17,006 nt of DNA from Leidyana gryllorum EB-2025a (GCA_048772705.1 JBLWGC010000114.1:1-17006); one strand, 5' to 3'; positions 1 through 8,307 are shown, numbered from the stretch's first letter. Translations and numbers: made by a program. Notes: generated from the letters alone by a model not told the origin.

Positions 1-53
1 ATCGTATGACCACTCTCTCGACTGTACCCAGCGGGTTGAACCACCGGCTAGGC

Positions 54-125
54 GGCTGTTTGGTCTAGTGGTATGATCCTTCCTTAGGGTGGAAGGAGTG
101 CTGGGTTCGATTCCCAGAACAGCCC
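54..125 (+). tRNA. tRNA-Pro(AGG), near intact
   Basis: GGCTGTT/AACAGCC acceptor; CTTCC-TT-AGG-GT-GGAAG; C48>G versus other copies. Confidence 0.85.
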
Positions 126-206
126 CGTTGGTTGTCGGTTAACCCGACGCTCCACCTCATCTCAACATGGTACGGCTCTCGTCCGAAGCCTCAACTCGGG
201 GACTCG

Positions 207-279
207 TCCACTGTAGTCTATGTGGCTTGGATATGAGGCTTACACCCGCTTGACCCTGGCTCAAGTCCCGGCACGGGAA
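207..279 (+). pseudogene. tRNA-Glu pseudogene
   Basis: Aligns to Glu 16881-16953 with many substitutions; anticodon now TAC; acceptor broken. Confidence 0.85.
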
Positions 280-343
280 ATTCAGCTGAGTGTGCTTGCA
301 AGCAAAATATTTCTTTTATACTCCCACCAGAGACATTAATCCG

Positions 344-416
344 CACCGCCCGCGGGGCTCGAACCCGCGACTGCAAGATTAAGAGTCTTGCGCTCTACCG
401 ACTGAGCTAGGGCGGC
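344..416 (-). tRNA. tRNA-Lys(CTT)
   Basis: Full cloverleaf, CAAGA-CT-CTT-AA-TCTTG; identical to 15795-15867. Confidence 0.95.
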
Positions 417-544
417 AAGGAAGCTCTAAACTTAGTTACACCCTATTTGCCGGTGGGTGGAGCAGTGGAAGTATTAAGTGGTGGAACAATGTGCTTCAGT
501 AACTTCCGTCAATAGGGACTCATTCGTGATGTCCAGTTGACATT

Positions 545-615
545 GCCTTCTTAGCTTGGGGCAGAGCATTCGCTTAGTAAGTGAAAGGTCGCCGGTTCGA
601 TTCGGGCAGAAGGCT
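545..615 (+). pseudogene. tRNA-Thr(AGT), degenerate
   Basis: D-loop A deleted; anticodon- and T-stem mismatches versus 6796-6867. Confidence 0.8.
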
Positions 616-727
616 CGACTGCATCGACTGGGCACCTGCAAGCTGCTCGCAAACTCCACCATCCCGGATGAAGTCCAAACCAGCTGAGGCAAAATCTGAG
701 ATGCAGCAGTTGTGAGGGCTGGAACTG

Positions 728-797
728 CTCCAAGACCGGGAATCGAACCCGGGTCTCCCGCGTGAAGGCGGAATACTGACCACTATACTATCTCGGA
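728..797 (-). pseudogene. tRNA-Asp pseudogene
   Basis: Asp body with 1-nt deletion in the anticodon, a second deletion and an acceptor mismatch. Confidence 0.85.
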
Positions 798-910
798 CGC
801 TAGTAAACACGCCGGCCTCCAACCCCAGAAGTCCTCGCATTTTGAGCGGGCAGTGGCCCCACATACGGCCGCGGTAGGTGCTCATCTTCACCGCCTTCCG
901 TGAACCTACC

Positions 911-983
911 GCCTCGGTAGCTCAGTTGGGAGAGCGCCAGACTGAAGATCTGGAAGTCCCGTGTTCGATCCACGGCCGAGGCA
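911..983 (+). tRNA. tRNA-Phe(GAA)
   Basis: GCCTCGG/CCGAGGC acceptor, CCAGA-CT-GAA-GA-TCTGG, intact T arm. Confidence 0.96.
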
Positions 984-1026
984 GAGAGGTTGTGATATTT
1001 GGTGTCATCCCTCACAGCCGTGCGAC

Positions 1027-1082
1027 TGGAAGAGTCGCTCGCTGCCATCGAGATAACCTGTGTGCGATTCCCGACAGATGCA
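1027..1082 (+). pseudogene. tRNA-Gly(GCC) remnant, 5'-truncated
   Basis: Same lesion pattern as 10935-11005 and 11919-11989. Confidence 0.75.
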
Positions 1083-1126
1083 AAACGATAGCATGATGAG
1101 TTTGTCGGCGGTTTCGATTCCAACCG

Positions 1127-1199
1127 TGGGAGTGGAGAGGATCGAACTCTCGACTTCAGGATTATGAGACCTACGCGCTACCGACTGCGCTACACTCCC
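1127..1199 (-). tRNA. Elongator tRNA-Met(CAT)
   Basis: GGGAGTG/CACTCCC; TAGGT-CT-CAT-AA-TCCTG with T31/T39; TTCGATC T-loop. Confidence 0.93.
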
Positions 1200-1275
1200 C
1201 CTCCGACTTTCTCCGAGGAATCACCCGAACCCAGAACCATGCTGCCAGGCAGGTTGGGTCAAGATACAACAAAGC

Positions 1276-1347
1276 GGGCTGTTCTGGGAATCGAACCCAG
1301 GACTTCTTCCACCCGAAGGAAGAATCATACCACTAGACCAAACAGCC
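1276..1347 (-). tRNA. tRNA-Pro(CGG)
   Basis: Full cloverleaf, CTTCC-TT-CGG-GT-GGAAG. Confidence 0.95.
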
Positions 1348-1490
1348 GCCTGTCGGTGGTGCAATCCGTTGGGTGCAGTCGAGAGAGTGGTCATACTATG
1401 TCGAGAACCAAGAAATGCGACGGGTCCGCATAACAAAAAGGAGGGTCTCTTGGGGTTGGAGGCCGGCTTGTTCAGAGCGTCCAAGATAGT

Positions 1491-1545
1491 GAACCTGCGG
1501 TCTCCCATCAAAAGTCTTGCGCTCTATCGACGGACTTGGGGCGGC
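1491..1545 (-). pseudogene. tRNA-Lys(TTT)-like remnant, 3'-truncated
   Basis: GCCGCCC...AGAGCGCAAGACTTTTGA; abuts an 11-nt Asp 5' stub at 1480-1490. Confidence 0.7.
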
Positions 1546-1645
1546 GACGAAGCTCGGACTTAGTAACAAATTCCATTCGTATTGATCGTTGAATCTTGGG
1601 CCTTCCTCGGGTACAGGGCGAAGCTGTATCAGAGATGCACTCACT

Positions 1646-1719
1646 TGGTCACGCACGGGCTCCAACCGCGGACTCAGAACTCATTAGGCTCACGCTCTGG
1701 CCGCCTGAAATACGCGACC
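1646..1719 (-). pseudogene. tRNA-Ile(AAT) pseudogene
   Basis: Colinear with intact Ile 9565-9638, same downstream flank, many substitutions. Confidence 0.8.
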
Positions 1720-1885
1720 GATTCAGAGTTGAGGTGAACAGTCACTAGCCAAAGGAGCCGACTGATGTGTTCAGCAAAACCCCATGACTGGGATTGAAGC
1801 GGCCGCTCAGACCTTTCTGCACGGAGAAGGGGCACTACCAATTCGCACGGGATTCCCGATGGAAGGCGTAGCCCGTTCCACCCTC

Positions 1886-1967
1886 GGCAAGGTGGCCGAG
1901 TGGTTAAGGCGGCGGCCTGCTAAGCCGTTGGGTTCTACCCGCGTGAGTTCGAATCTCACCCCTGTCG
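1886..1967 (+). tRNA. tRNA-Ser(GCT), one acceptor mismatch
   Basis: Long variable arm; GCGGC-CT-GCT-AA-GCCGT. Confidence 0.88.
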
Positions 1968-2153
1968 GTAGCATTCGGGGAGAGCGCATCTGCTTCAATG
2001 ATTGAACTGAGGATTTTGTCCGACTCGAATCCGACTCTTTACGCTGGGGGCTGTATACAAAAGCCAGTTACTTCAGAGGTTAGTGGAGAGACCCGTGTTG
2101 CATGTGTCCAGTTGAGGAAGCGCTAGTCCGACTCTTCTGGGATGGGCTGAACC

Positions 2154-2223
2154 GGTTGCGTCCTTGGTGGTTAGCACTCGACACATTGGATTTTCCGACC
2201 TGGGTTCAATCCGGGCGCGACCC
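2154..2223 (+). pseudogene. tRNA-Gln(TTG)-like pseudogene
   Basis: Gln body, D-arm deletion, unpaired anticodon stem; shares lesions with 5618-5687. Confidence 0.8.
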
Positions 2224-2287
2224 TTGAACTGGTCCTCACTGCTCCCTGAAGCTTCGCCACTTCTCTTGGGCTGCGGGGACCATCCAT

Positions 2288-2360
2288 GCAGCCATGGTCT
2301 AGTGGTTATGACGTCTGCTTAACACGCAGAAGGTCCCGAGTTCGATCCTCGGTGGCTGTA
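2288..2360 (+). tRNA. tRNA-Val(AAC)
   Basis: Full cloverleaf, TCTGC-TT-AAC-AC-GCAGA. Confidence 0.95.
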
Positions 2361-2415
2361 GCTCGCAACTTTCAGCGGGCACCAAAAAAGACAATCTTAA
2401 GCGAGGTCAACTGTG

Positions 2416-2487
2416 CTCCGAGACCGGGAATCGAACCCGGGTCTTCCGCGTGACAGGCGGAAATACTAACCACTATACTATCTCGGA
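2416..2487 (-). tRNA. tRNA-Asp(GTC)
   Basis: TCCGAGA/TCTCGGA+G; TCCGC-CT-GTC-AC-GCGGA. Confidence 0.95.
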
Positions 2488-2581
2488 CGCTCCGAACACA
2501 CCGGCCTGAAACCCCAAAAGTCCTTCCATCTTGAGATTCCAGGGATAGAAAACGCGTGGAGCGGCGAGCCAACAACATCCC

Positions 2582-2663
2582 TGCAAGATGACCGAGTGGT
2601 CTCTGAGGCGCTGTGCTCACACGGGAGTCCGAAAGGTCGTGGGTTCGAATCCCACTTTTGTCA
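2582..2663 (+). pseudogene. tRNA-Leu pseudogene
   Basis: Leu body like 14870-14949 with a scrambled anticodon arm and a CT insertion. Confidence 0.8.
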
Positions 2664-2699
2664 GGTTGCGCCCCAAACGGGAAAAACATAGAGTCCGGT

Positions 2700-2771
2700 T
2701 GAGCCCAGAGTGATTTGAACACCCAACCTTCTGATCTGGAGTCAGACGCGCTACCGTTGCGCCATAGGCCC
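2700..2771 (-). tRNA. tRNA-Trp(CCA)
   Basis: Full cloverleaf, TCTGA-CT-CCA-GA-TCAGA. Confidence 0.93.
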
Positions 2772-2799
2772 AAAACCATCCCCCGTTCCAGACTCATTT

Positions 2800-2864
2800 A
2801 CCGGCAATCGGGCCCGCTTCTTAGGCGTGACATGCGAAAATAGTAACCACTATGCTATCTCGGA
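2800..2864 (-). pseudogene. tRNA-Asp pseudogene, 3'-truncated
   Basis: Asp 5' half and upstream flank; B box destroyed; mirror of 4652-4716. Confidence 0.75.
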
Positions 2865-2944
2865 CGCTCTGAACACGCCACGGACATTCCATTCGTTCAG
2901 AAAACGGCCGTTACCGTGTACGAGCTTCAACAACAAGGTGTCAC

Positions 2945-3015
2945 GCATCTGTGGTCTAGTGGTAGAATGTCTCGTTGCCATCGAGACGGCGCGGGTTCGA
3001 TTCCCGGCAGATCCA
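2945..3015 (+). pseudogene. tRNA-Gly(GCC), degenerate
   Basis: TCTCG-TT-GCC-AT-CGAGA intact; T-stem and acceptor mismatches. Confidence 0.75.
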
Positions 3016-3218
3016 GAGGACACACGGTTGCGTTTCCACCATTCAGAAATTCTTTTCTCACGGCCCGGGGTGCTTAGATGGCAACCCATCTGATGGTAGT
3101 GGTGGCATCAGCTATTCGACGAGGAAATTCCGTCCGCCGGGAGTTGAGGAGTGGACTTCTTACAACGCATTCCATCCTGATCGATGCTTCGCTACCTCTA
3201 CAGCCTCGCTCAAAGATT

Positions 3219-3290
3219 GTCCGAGTCGTCTAGTGCTTAGGACAGCACGTTGTGGCCCTGCAAACCCAGGCTCGATTCCTGGCTCGGACA
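3219..3290 (+). pseudogene. tRNA-His(GTG), degenerate
   Basis: GTCCGAG/CTCGGAC acceptor; D-loop GG>GC, anticodon-stem mismatch, C54. Confidence 0.78.
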
Positions 3291-3365
3291 AGCAGTCTAA
3301 AGTGCATTGCTCTTCGCCCCGGTTGAAAATATTGTTGCAGCCATGGTCAAGCCTGTACGATCGGC

Positions 3366-3436
3366 TGCACCTGCCGGGACTCGAACCCGGGCTGCGAGCA
3401 TGGGAAGCTCGCATCCTACCCTTGGACCACAAGTGC
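3366..3436 (-). tRNA. tRNA-Gly(CCC)
   Basis: Full cloverleaf, CGAGC-TT-CCC-AT-GCTCG. Confidence 0.93.
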
Positions 3437-3500
3437 ACTCGAGAAAGAGCTCCAGCACCCCGAGACTCGGCCGCAGTCTGCGTTGAGCTAGTGGGTGCCT

Positions 3501-3573
3501 CAAGTACTGGCAGGTTCCAGTCTGCGAGTTTGTGGCTAAGAGACTTACCCTCTGGTGGCTGAACTACGAGGCT
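3501..3573 (-). pseudogene. Highly decayed tRNA-like fossil, isotype uncertain
   Basis: Homologue of 6668-6740; residual A-box and T-arm spacing. Confidence 0.45.
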
Positions 3574-3630
3574 CGGCTAAGATGAAGCTTGAGAGACTTA
3601 AGCTTTGCAGGTGCCCAGTCGATGTGGTCA

Positions 3631-3702
3631 AGCCTTCTGCCGGAATCGAACCGGCGACTTCTCGATTACGAAGCGAACGCTCTGCCCCTAAGCTAAGAAG
3701 GC
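3631..3702 (-). tRNA. tRNA-Thr(CGT), anticodon-stem mismatch
   Basis: TTCGC-TT-CGT-AA-TCGAG; remainder intact. Confidence 0.78.
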
Positions 3703-3793
3703 AATGCAAGCCGAAGATCACGAATCAGACACTATTGACGGAGATTGCTGGGCACTTTGCTCAAGTATTCCACTGACTTCATCAACCACTGAC

Positions 3794-3864
3794 TTCCACT
3801 GCCGGACTTGAGCGCAGAGGTTGCGGGTGAGGCCGCATATCCTAGCCACTCAGACTACAGTGGG
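3794..3864 (-). pseudogene. tRNA-Glu pseudogene
   Basis: Deletions in anticodon loop and T stem versus 6944-7016; same flanks. Confidence 0.85.
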
Positions 3865-3928
3865 CAACATTCCACAGCGAAGGCAGCTAGTCAGCCAAAT
3901 CGTCGAAGTAAAGTGCTGAGCATTTGGC

Positions 3929-4001
3929 TACCTACGGCGACACCCAAACTCGCAACCTTTGGATTAGAAGTCCAACGCGCTATCCATTGCGCCACGTAGG
4001 C
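3929..4001 (-). pseudogene. tRNA-Arg(TCT) with damaged T arm
   Basis: TTGGA-CT-TCT-AA-TCCAA and acceptor intact; T-loop TTTGGGT, C61 lost. Confidence 0.82.
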
Positions 4002-4090
4002 GGCGGCTTTTCGACTAGATTGAAATAACAACATTCACGTTTTTGGACCACGCGCCAGCCGTTTCTCTGCAGCCAAAGTTGCATGGAGTT

Positions 4091-4163
4091 TGGACGACCT
4101 GGGTATCGATCCCAGTACCTCTCGCATGCAAAGCGAGCGCTCTACCATCTGAGCTAGCCGCCC
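4091..4163 (-). tRNA. tRNA-Ala(TGC)
   Basis: G3:T70, CTCGC-TT-TGC-AT-GCGAG, ATCGATA T-loop. Confidence 0.94.
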
Positions 4164-4221
4164 AGACGCACAGATAAGGGGCTATCGCATCCAGTGGCTG
4201 ACCAAGCGCCCATACAACGGC

Positions 4222-4301
4222 TGTCGAGAACCAGATTCGAGCTCACGCCCTTTCGGGCTGCGGCCTGAACACAACGCTTTAGACAACTCGGCCTTCTTGC
4301 C
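4222..4301 (-). pseudogene. tRNA-Leu(CAG) pseudogene
   Basis: Leu body with CCGAAAGG variable arm; T arm and acceptor decayed. Confidence 0.8.
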
Positions 4302-4500
4302 GGAGTGTTGTTGACTGGCCGCTCCACGCGTTTCCCGTCCCCGGTATCTCGAGAATGGAAAGACTCTCAGGTTGAAGGCCGGGAATGGAGGTCGGCGCGC
4401 CGATTCAAATTCAGCAGTTGTCGTGCGATGTGATTGGAGGGGTCAGACACCAACTCAAGCGTAAATCGCTGGAATGGTGTGAAAACAAACATGTGTCTTC

Positions 4501-4571
4501 TGCATCTGCCGGGAATCGAACCCGGGTCGTCTCGATGACAACGAGACATTCTACCACTAGACCACAGATGC
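4501..4571 (-). tRNA. tRNA-Gly body with GTC (Asp) anticodon
   Basis: GCATCTG/CAGATGC+A; TCTCG-TT-GTC-AT-CGAGA; all stems intact. Confidence 0.85.
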
Positions 4572-4651
4572 GTGACATCTTGTTGTTGAAGCTCGTACAC
4601 GGTAACGGCCGTTTTCTGAACGAATGGAATGTCCGTGGCGTGTTCAGAGCG

Positions 4652-4716
4652 TCCGAGATGGCATAGTGGTTACTATTTTCGCATGTTACGCCTAAGAAGC
4701 GGGCCCGATTGCCGGT
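4652..4716 (+). pseudogene. tRNA-Asp pseudogene, 3'-truncated
   Basis: Inverted copy of 2800-2864. Confidence 0.75.
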
Positions 4717-4744
4717 AAATGAGTCTGGAACGGGGGATGGTTTT

Positions 4745-4816
4745 GGGCCTATGGCGCAACGGTAGGGCGTCTGACTCCAGATCAGAAGGTTGGGTGTTCG
4801 AATCACTCTGGGCTCA
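4745..4816 (+). tRNA. tRNA-Trp(CCA), D-stem mismatch
   Basis: Inverted copy of 2700-2771; GCGC>GGGC in the D stem. Confidence 0.82.
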
Positions 4817-4852
4817 ACCGGACTCTATGTTTTTCCCGTTTGGGGCGCAACC

Positions 4853-4877
4853 TGACAAAAGTGGGATTCGAACCCAC
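4853..4877 (-). pseudogene. tRNA-Leu 3' fragment (T arm plus acceptor strand)
   Basis: GTGGGTTCGAATCCCACTTTTGTCA; matching 5' part at 5207-5260. Confidence 0.75.
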
Positions 4878-4925
4878 AAGTCTCACTATGTGGAGTATCA
4901 CTCAATGCCATGAGGTAGGCACAGA

Positions 4926-4997
4926 GGGAGGCTAGCCCAGATGATGAAACGGTGCTTGGTATACGAAAGGTTCCGGGATCGATTCTCAGCCCATCCG
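4926..4997 (+). pseudogene. Old tRNA-Ala pseudogene
   Basis: GGGAGGCTAGCCCAGATG...GGGATCGAT aligns to Ala; copies at 11230 and 13647. Confidence 0.7.
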
Positions 4998-5079
4998 AAC
5001 TACATAGATGGAACCCTCGCCAGAGTAGTCTGGTTGGCCTATCAACGCTGTCTAGTACTTTGCCAATCACCACTCTACT

Positions 5080-5159
5080 TCCGGTGGGACGGAATCGAAC
5101 CGCCGACTATCTGATGCCAGCACTACAGTCAGATGCTCTACCAACTGAGCAACCCCCGG
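5080..5159 (-). tRNA. tRNA-Tyr(GTA) with 7-nt intron (5116-5122)
   Basis: C1:G72, TCTGA-CT-GTA-G[TGCTGGC]A-TCAGA; A9>T. Confidence 0.85.
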
Positions 5160-5206
5160 CCGTCCAACTGCTCCGGGGGTCCGAAAAGCTCAACCCGAGA
5201 TCCTCC

Positions 5207-5260
5207 CCCTTTCGGACTGCGGTCTTAGCACAGCGCCTCAGACATCTCGGCCATCTTGCC
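5207..5260 (-). pseudogene. tRNA-Leu(AAG) 5' part, lacks T arm
   Basis: GGCAAGATGGCCGAG...CTGTG-CT-AAG-AC-CGCAG-TCCGAAAGGG then break. Confidence 0.8.
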
Positions 5261-5354
5261 ACAGTGTTGTTGGTTCATCGCTCCACGCGTTTTCTATCCC
5301 TGGAATCTCAAGATGGAAGGACTTTTGGGGTTTCAGGCCGGTGTGTTCGGAGCG

Positions 5355-5426
5355 TCCGAGATAGTATAGTGGTTAGTATTTCCGCCTGGCACGCGGAAGA
5401 CCCGTGTTCGATTCCCGGTCTCGGAG
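5355..5426 (+). pseudogene. tRNA-Asp body, anticodon GGC, T-stem mismatch
   Basis: Inverted copy of 2416-2487 with 2 substitutions. Confidence 0.8.
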
Positions 5427-5481
5427 CACATTTGATCTCGCTTAAGATTGTCTTTTTTGGTGCCCGCTGAAAGTTTCGAGC

Positions 5482-5553
5482 TACAGCCACCGAGGATCGA
5501 ACTCGGGACCTTCGCGTGTTAAGCAGACGTCGTAACCACTAGACCATGGCTGC
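5482..5553 (-). pseudogene. tRNA-Val(AAC), 1-nt anticodon-stem deletion
   Basis: Inverted copy of 2288-2360. Confidence 0.8.
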
Positions 5554-5617
5554 ATGGATGGTCCCCGCAGCCCAAGAGAAGTGGCGAAGCTTCAGGGAGT
5601 AGTGAGGACCAGTTCAA

Positions 5618-5687
5618 GGGTCGCGCCGGGATCGAACCCAGGTCGGAAAATCCAAAGTGTCGAGTGCTAACCACCAAGGACGCAACT
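5618..5687 (-). pseudogene. tRNA-Gln(TTG)-like pseudogene
   Basis: Inverted copy of 2154-2223. Confidence 0.8.
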
Positions 5688-5848
5688 GGTTCAGCCCATC
5701 CCAGAAGAAGAGTCGGACTAGCGCTTCCTCAACTGGACACATGCAACACGGGTCTTGTATACAGGCCCCAGCGTAAAGAGTTGGATTCGAGTCGGGCAAA
5801 AAACCTTAGTTCAATCATTCAACCAGTTGCGCTCTCCCCGAATGCTAC

Positions 5849-5930
5849 CGACAAGGGTGAGATTCGAACTCACGCGGGTGGAACCCAACGGCTTAGCAGG
5901 CCGCCGCCTTAACCACTCGGCCACCTTGCC
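5849..5930 (-). tRNA. tRNA-Ser(GCT)
   Basis: Full class II cloverleaf. Confidence 0.95.
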
Positions 5931-6016
5931 TACGACATCTCTTACTCGCTGGCACTTTTTCACAACGGTTTGGGGTCCTAGTCAAGCTTGCTGAACCGTA
6001 TGTGACATCACTGGCC

Positions 6017-6077
6017 AGGGGGTAGACTCGAAATCTACTGGGCGTGGACCGCGCTGGTTCAAATCCAGCAGTTGTCG
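6017..6077 (+). pseudogene. tRNA-Ser(CGA), 5'-deleted
   Basis: GTAGA-CT-CGA-AA-TCTAC; 5' acceptor strand and most of D arm missing versus 12508-12589. Confidence 0.85.
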
Positions 6078-6141
6078 TGCGATGTGGTGGAAATGATGCA
6101 ATTCCCAGCATCAAAAACTCATATGGGTCGAGACAGGGAAT

Positions 6142-6213
6142 GCCTCCTTAGCTTAGGGGCAGAGCATTCGCTTTGTAAGCGAAAGGTCGCTGGTTCGATT
6201 CCGGCAGGAGGCT
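6142..6213 (+). tRNA. tRNA-Thr(TGT)
   Basis: Full cloverleaf; identical to 12654-12725. Confidence 0.94.
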
Positions 6214-6375
6214 TCAGTCATTAGCCTAAACATGGTTGCGATCATCCGCCCGCATTTTCGGACGGCGGCTTGCACACAGCACTCGGCCATCTTGCCGAAG
6301 TGTTACCCGTTTCCTGTCCGTGAAATCTCGAAATGCGAGGAGTTCTGGGGTTGGAGGCCGTCGTGTTTACTAGCG

Positions 6376-6447
6376 TCCGATATAGTATAGTGATTAGTTT
6401 TTCCGCCAGTCACGCGGAACACCCGGGTTCGATTCCCGGTCTCGGAC
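6376..6447 (+). pseudogene. tRNA-Asp(GTC) pseudogene
   Basis: Substitutions in acceptor, D-loop GG, U33 and discriminator. Confidence 0.82.
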
Positions 6448-6581
6448 CAGTTCCAGCCCCTCACAACTGCTGCAACTCAGATATTGTCTCAGCTGGTCTG
6501 GACTTCATCCGGGATTGTACGAGTGGGAGGTATAGAAGCCAACCTTGGAGAGACGTGGCATTGAGTCAACAACTATCAGAC

Positions 6582-6652
6582 GGGCTGTTCTGGGAATCGA
6601 ACCCAGGACTTCTTCCACCCAAAGGAAGAATATATAACTGGACCAAACAGAG
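6582..6652 (-). pseudogene. tRNA-Pro(TGG) pseudogene
   Basis: 3' two-thirds intact; D arm and 5' end damaged. Confidence 0.82.
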
Positions 6653-6667
6653 GGCTGTGGGTGCGTC

Positions 6668-6740
6668 AGGTACTGGCAGGTTCCAAACCTGCGACTTCGT
6701 GGCTAAGAGACTTACACTCTGATGGCTGAGCTACGAGGCT
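6668..6740 (-). pseudogene. Highly decayed tRNA-like fossil (CTT at anticodon position)
   Basis: TAGCTCAG...GAGT D arm and GCAGG-7nt-CCTGC T arm at canonical 73-nt spacing; acceptor and anticodon stems unpaired. Confidence 0.55.
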
Positions 6741-6795
6741 CAGCTACGATGATTGGAGTTGCGATAAGCTTGCAGGTGCCCATTCGATGCAATCG

Positions 6796-6867
6796 AGCCT
6801 TCTGCCGGAATCGAACCGGCGACCTTTCGCTTACTAAGCGAATGCTCTGCCCCTAAGCTAAGAAGGC
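6796..6867 (-). tRNA. tRNA-Thr(AGT)
   Basis: Full cloverleaf, TTCGC-TT-AGT-AA-GCGAA. Confidence 0.95.
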
Positions 6868-6943
6868 AATGCAAGCCAAAGATCACGAGTCAGTCACTAT
6901 TGACGAAGGTTACTGGAGCACTTTGCTCGAATGGTCCAATGAC

Positions 6944-7016
6944 TTCCACTGCCGGGACTTGAACCCGGATCGTGCGGGTGAAAGCCGCATATCCTAGCCA
7001 CTTAGACTACAGTGGA
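6944..7016 (-). tRNA. tRNA-Glu(TTC)
   Basis: Full cloverleaf, TGCGG-CT-TTC-AC-CCGCA; identical to 16881-16953. Confidence 0.95.
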
Positions 7017-7097
7017 CAACTCCCTCAGCTGCAGCTTTAGCCGAGAGCCGTACCCTCTTGATCTGAGGTGGAGCGTCGGGTCAACCGACAACCAACG

Positions 7098-7169
7098 GGG
7101 CTGTTCTGGGAATCGAACCCAGGACTTCTTCCACCCGAAGGAAGAATCATACCACTAGACCAAACAGCC
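7098..7169 (-). tRNA. tRNA-Pro(CGG)
   Basis: Identical to 1276-1347. Confidence 0.95.
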
Positions 7170-7303
7170 GCCTGTCGGTCGTGCAACGCGGTGAGCACAG
7201 TCGCGAGAGTGGTCATACTATGTTGAGAATCAACAAAATGCGAGGGGGTCTGCACAACAAAATGGAAGAACTTCTGGGGTTGGGGGCCGGCGTGTTCAGA
7301 GCG

Positions 7304-7375
7304 TCCGAGATAGTCTAGTGGTTAGTATTTCTGCCTGTCACGCGGAAGACCCGGGTTCGCTTCCCGGTCTCCCAG
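7304..7375 (+). pseudogene. tRNA-Asp(GTC), degenerate
   Basis: A58>C and two acceptor mismatches. Confidence 0.8.
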
Positions 7376-7430
7376 CACAGTTGGTTTCCCTTGAGATTCT
7401 CTCCTTTGGTTCTCGCTGAAAGTTGCGAGC

Positions 7431-7502
7431 TACAGCCACCGAGGATCGGATCGGGACTTTCTGCGTGTGAAGCAGACGTCGTAACCACTAGACCATGGCT
7501 GC
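7431..7502 (-). pseudogene. tRNA-Val(CAC), T arm damaged
   Basis: TCTGC-TT-CAC-AC-GCAGA; deletion and substitution in B box. Confidence 0.8.
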
Positions 7503-7620
7503 ACGGAGCCTGCGGACTGGGAAAAAAGGCGTGTGTCTCTGGAAACACGTATCCTGATGATCTAGTTGAGGGAGAGCTAGTGTGGATGGCTTTACCAACT
7601 CTTTTGGGAAGGACTGAATG

Positions 7621-7692
7621 GGTTGCGTGGTGTAGTGGTTAGCACTGGAGACTCTGAATCTCCCGACCCGGGTTCGATTCCCGGCGCGACCT
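7621..7692 (+). tRNA. tRNA-Gln(CTG)
   Basis: Full cloverleaf, GGAGA-CT-CTG-AA-TCTCC. Confidence 0.95.
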
Positions 7693-7755
7693 CGAAACTA
7701 GTGCTCACTATTTTGTGAAACCTCGCCAATTCTCTTGGTCTGCGGGACCTTCCGT

Positions 7756-7828
7756 GCGGTTATCCTCTAGTGGTCACGACGTCTGCTTCACACGCAGCAG
7801 CTCCTGACTTCAATCCTCGGTGGCTGTG
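7756..7828 (+). pseudogene. tRNA-Val(CAC) pseudogene
   Basis: Val body, many substitutions. Confidence 0.8.
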
Positions 7829-7885
7829 GCTCGCAACTGGGGGAGAACCAGGGGAGACAATCTTAAGCGAAACCATCTAAGTGTG

Positions 7886-7957
7886 CTCCGAGACCGGGAA
7901 TCGAACCCGGGTCTTTCGCGTGACAGGCGGAAATACTGACAACTATACTATCTCGAA
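7886..7957 (-). pseudogene. tRNA-Asp(GTC), degenerate
   Basis: D-loop GG lost; anticodon-stem mismatch. Confidence 0.78.
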
Positions 7958-8053
7958 CGCTTTGGACATACCGGTCTCCTATCCCAAAAGTCCTTCCATT
8001 TTGAGATTCCACAAGGACAGGAAACGCGTGGAACGGCGAGCCAACAAAATTCC

Positions 8054-8133
8054 GGCGAGATGGCCTAGTGGTCTGAGGCGCTGTGATCAGGTCCCAGTCC
8101 GAAAGGGCGTGGGTTCGGATCCCACTCTTGTCA
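8054..8133 (+). pseudogene. tRNA-Leu(CAG), degenerate
   Basis: Class II body; anticodon-stem mismatch, A58>G. Confidence 0.75.
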
Positions 8134-8235
8134 GCCGTTGTAGTCAGGACAACCTGCGACTTCATCCCAGCATGCCCCGCACGATGCACGTTGACTTTTG
8201 TCGATACAACTGACACATGATTCTCCAGCTAAGTT

Positions 8236-8307
8236 CCCTTCTTAGCTTAGGGGCAGAGCATTCGCTTAGTAAGCGATGGGTCGCCGGTTCGATTTCGGCA
8301 GAAGGCT
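8236..8307 (+). pseudogene. tRNA-Thr(AGT), degenerate
   Basis: G1>C, C61>T, anticodon-stem mismatch. Confidence 0.78.

Larger units (their letters stand above)
1886..3045. repeat. Left arm of large inverted duplication (partner ~4470-5930)
   Basis: Ser-Gln*-Val-Asp-Leu*-Trp-Asp*-Gly order and spacers mirrored. Confidence 0.9.
4470..5930. repeat. Right arm of inverted duplication, with insert at ~4878-5206
   Basis: Reverse complement of 1886-3045. Confidence 0.9.

Noticed and set aside
1783-1856. Possible very old minus-strand tRNA fossil (ACTGGGATTGAA...CTACCAATTCGCAC)
   Set aside because: Only vague A/B-box resemblance; stems do not pair and isotype cannot be assigned
4853-5260. Functional trans-spliced or long-intron Leu tRNA
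   Set aside because: No bulge-helix-bulge motif seen at the junctions, the 5' half has D-loop lesions, and the insert is a copy of another cassette
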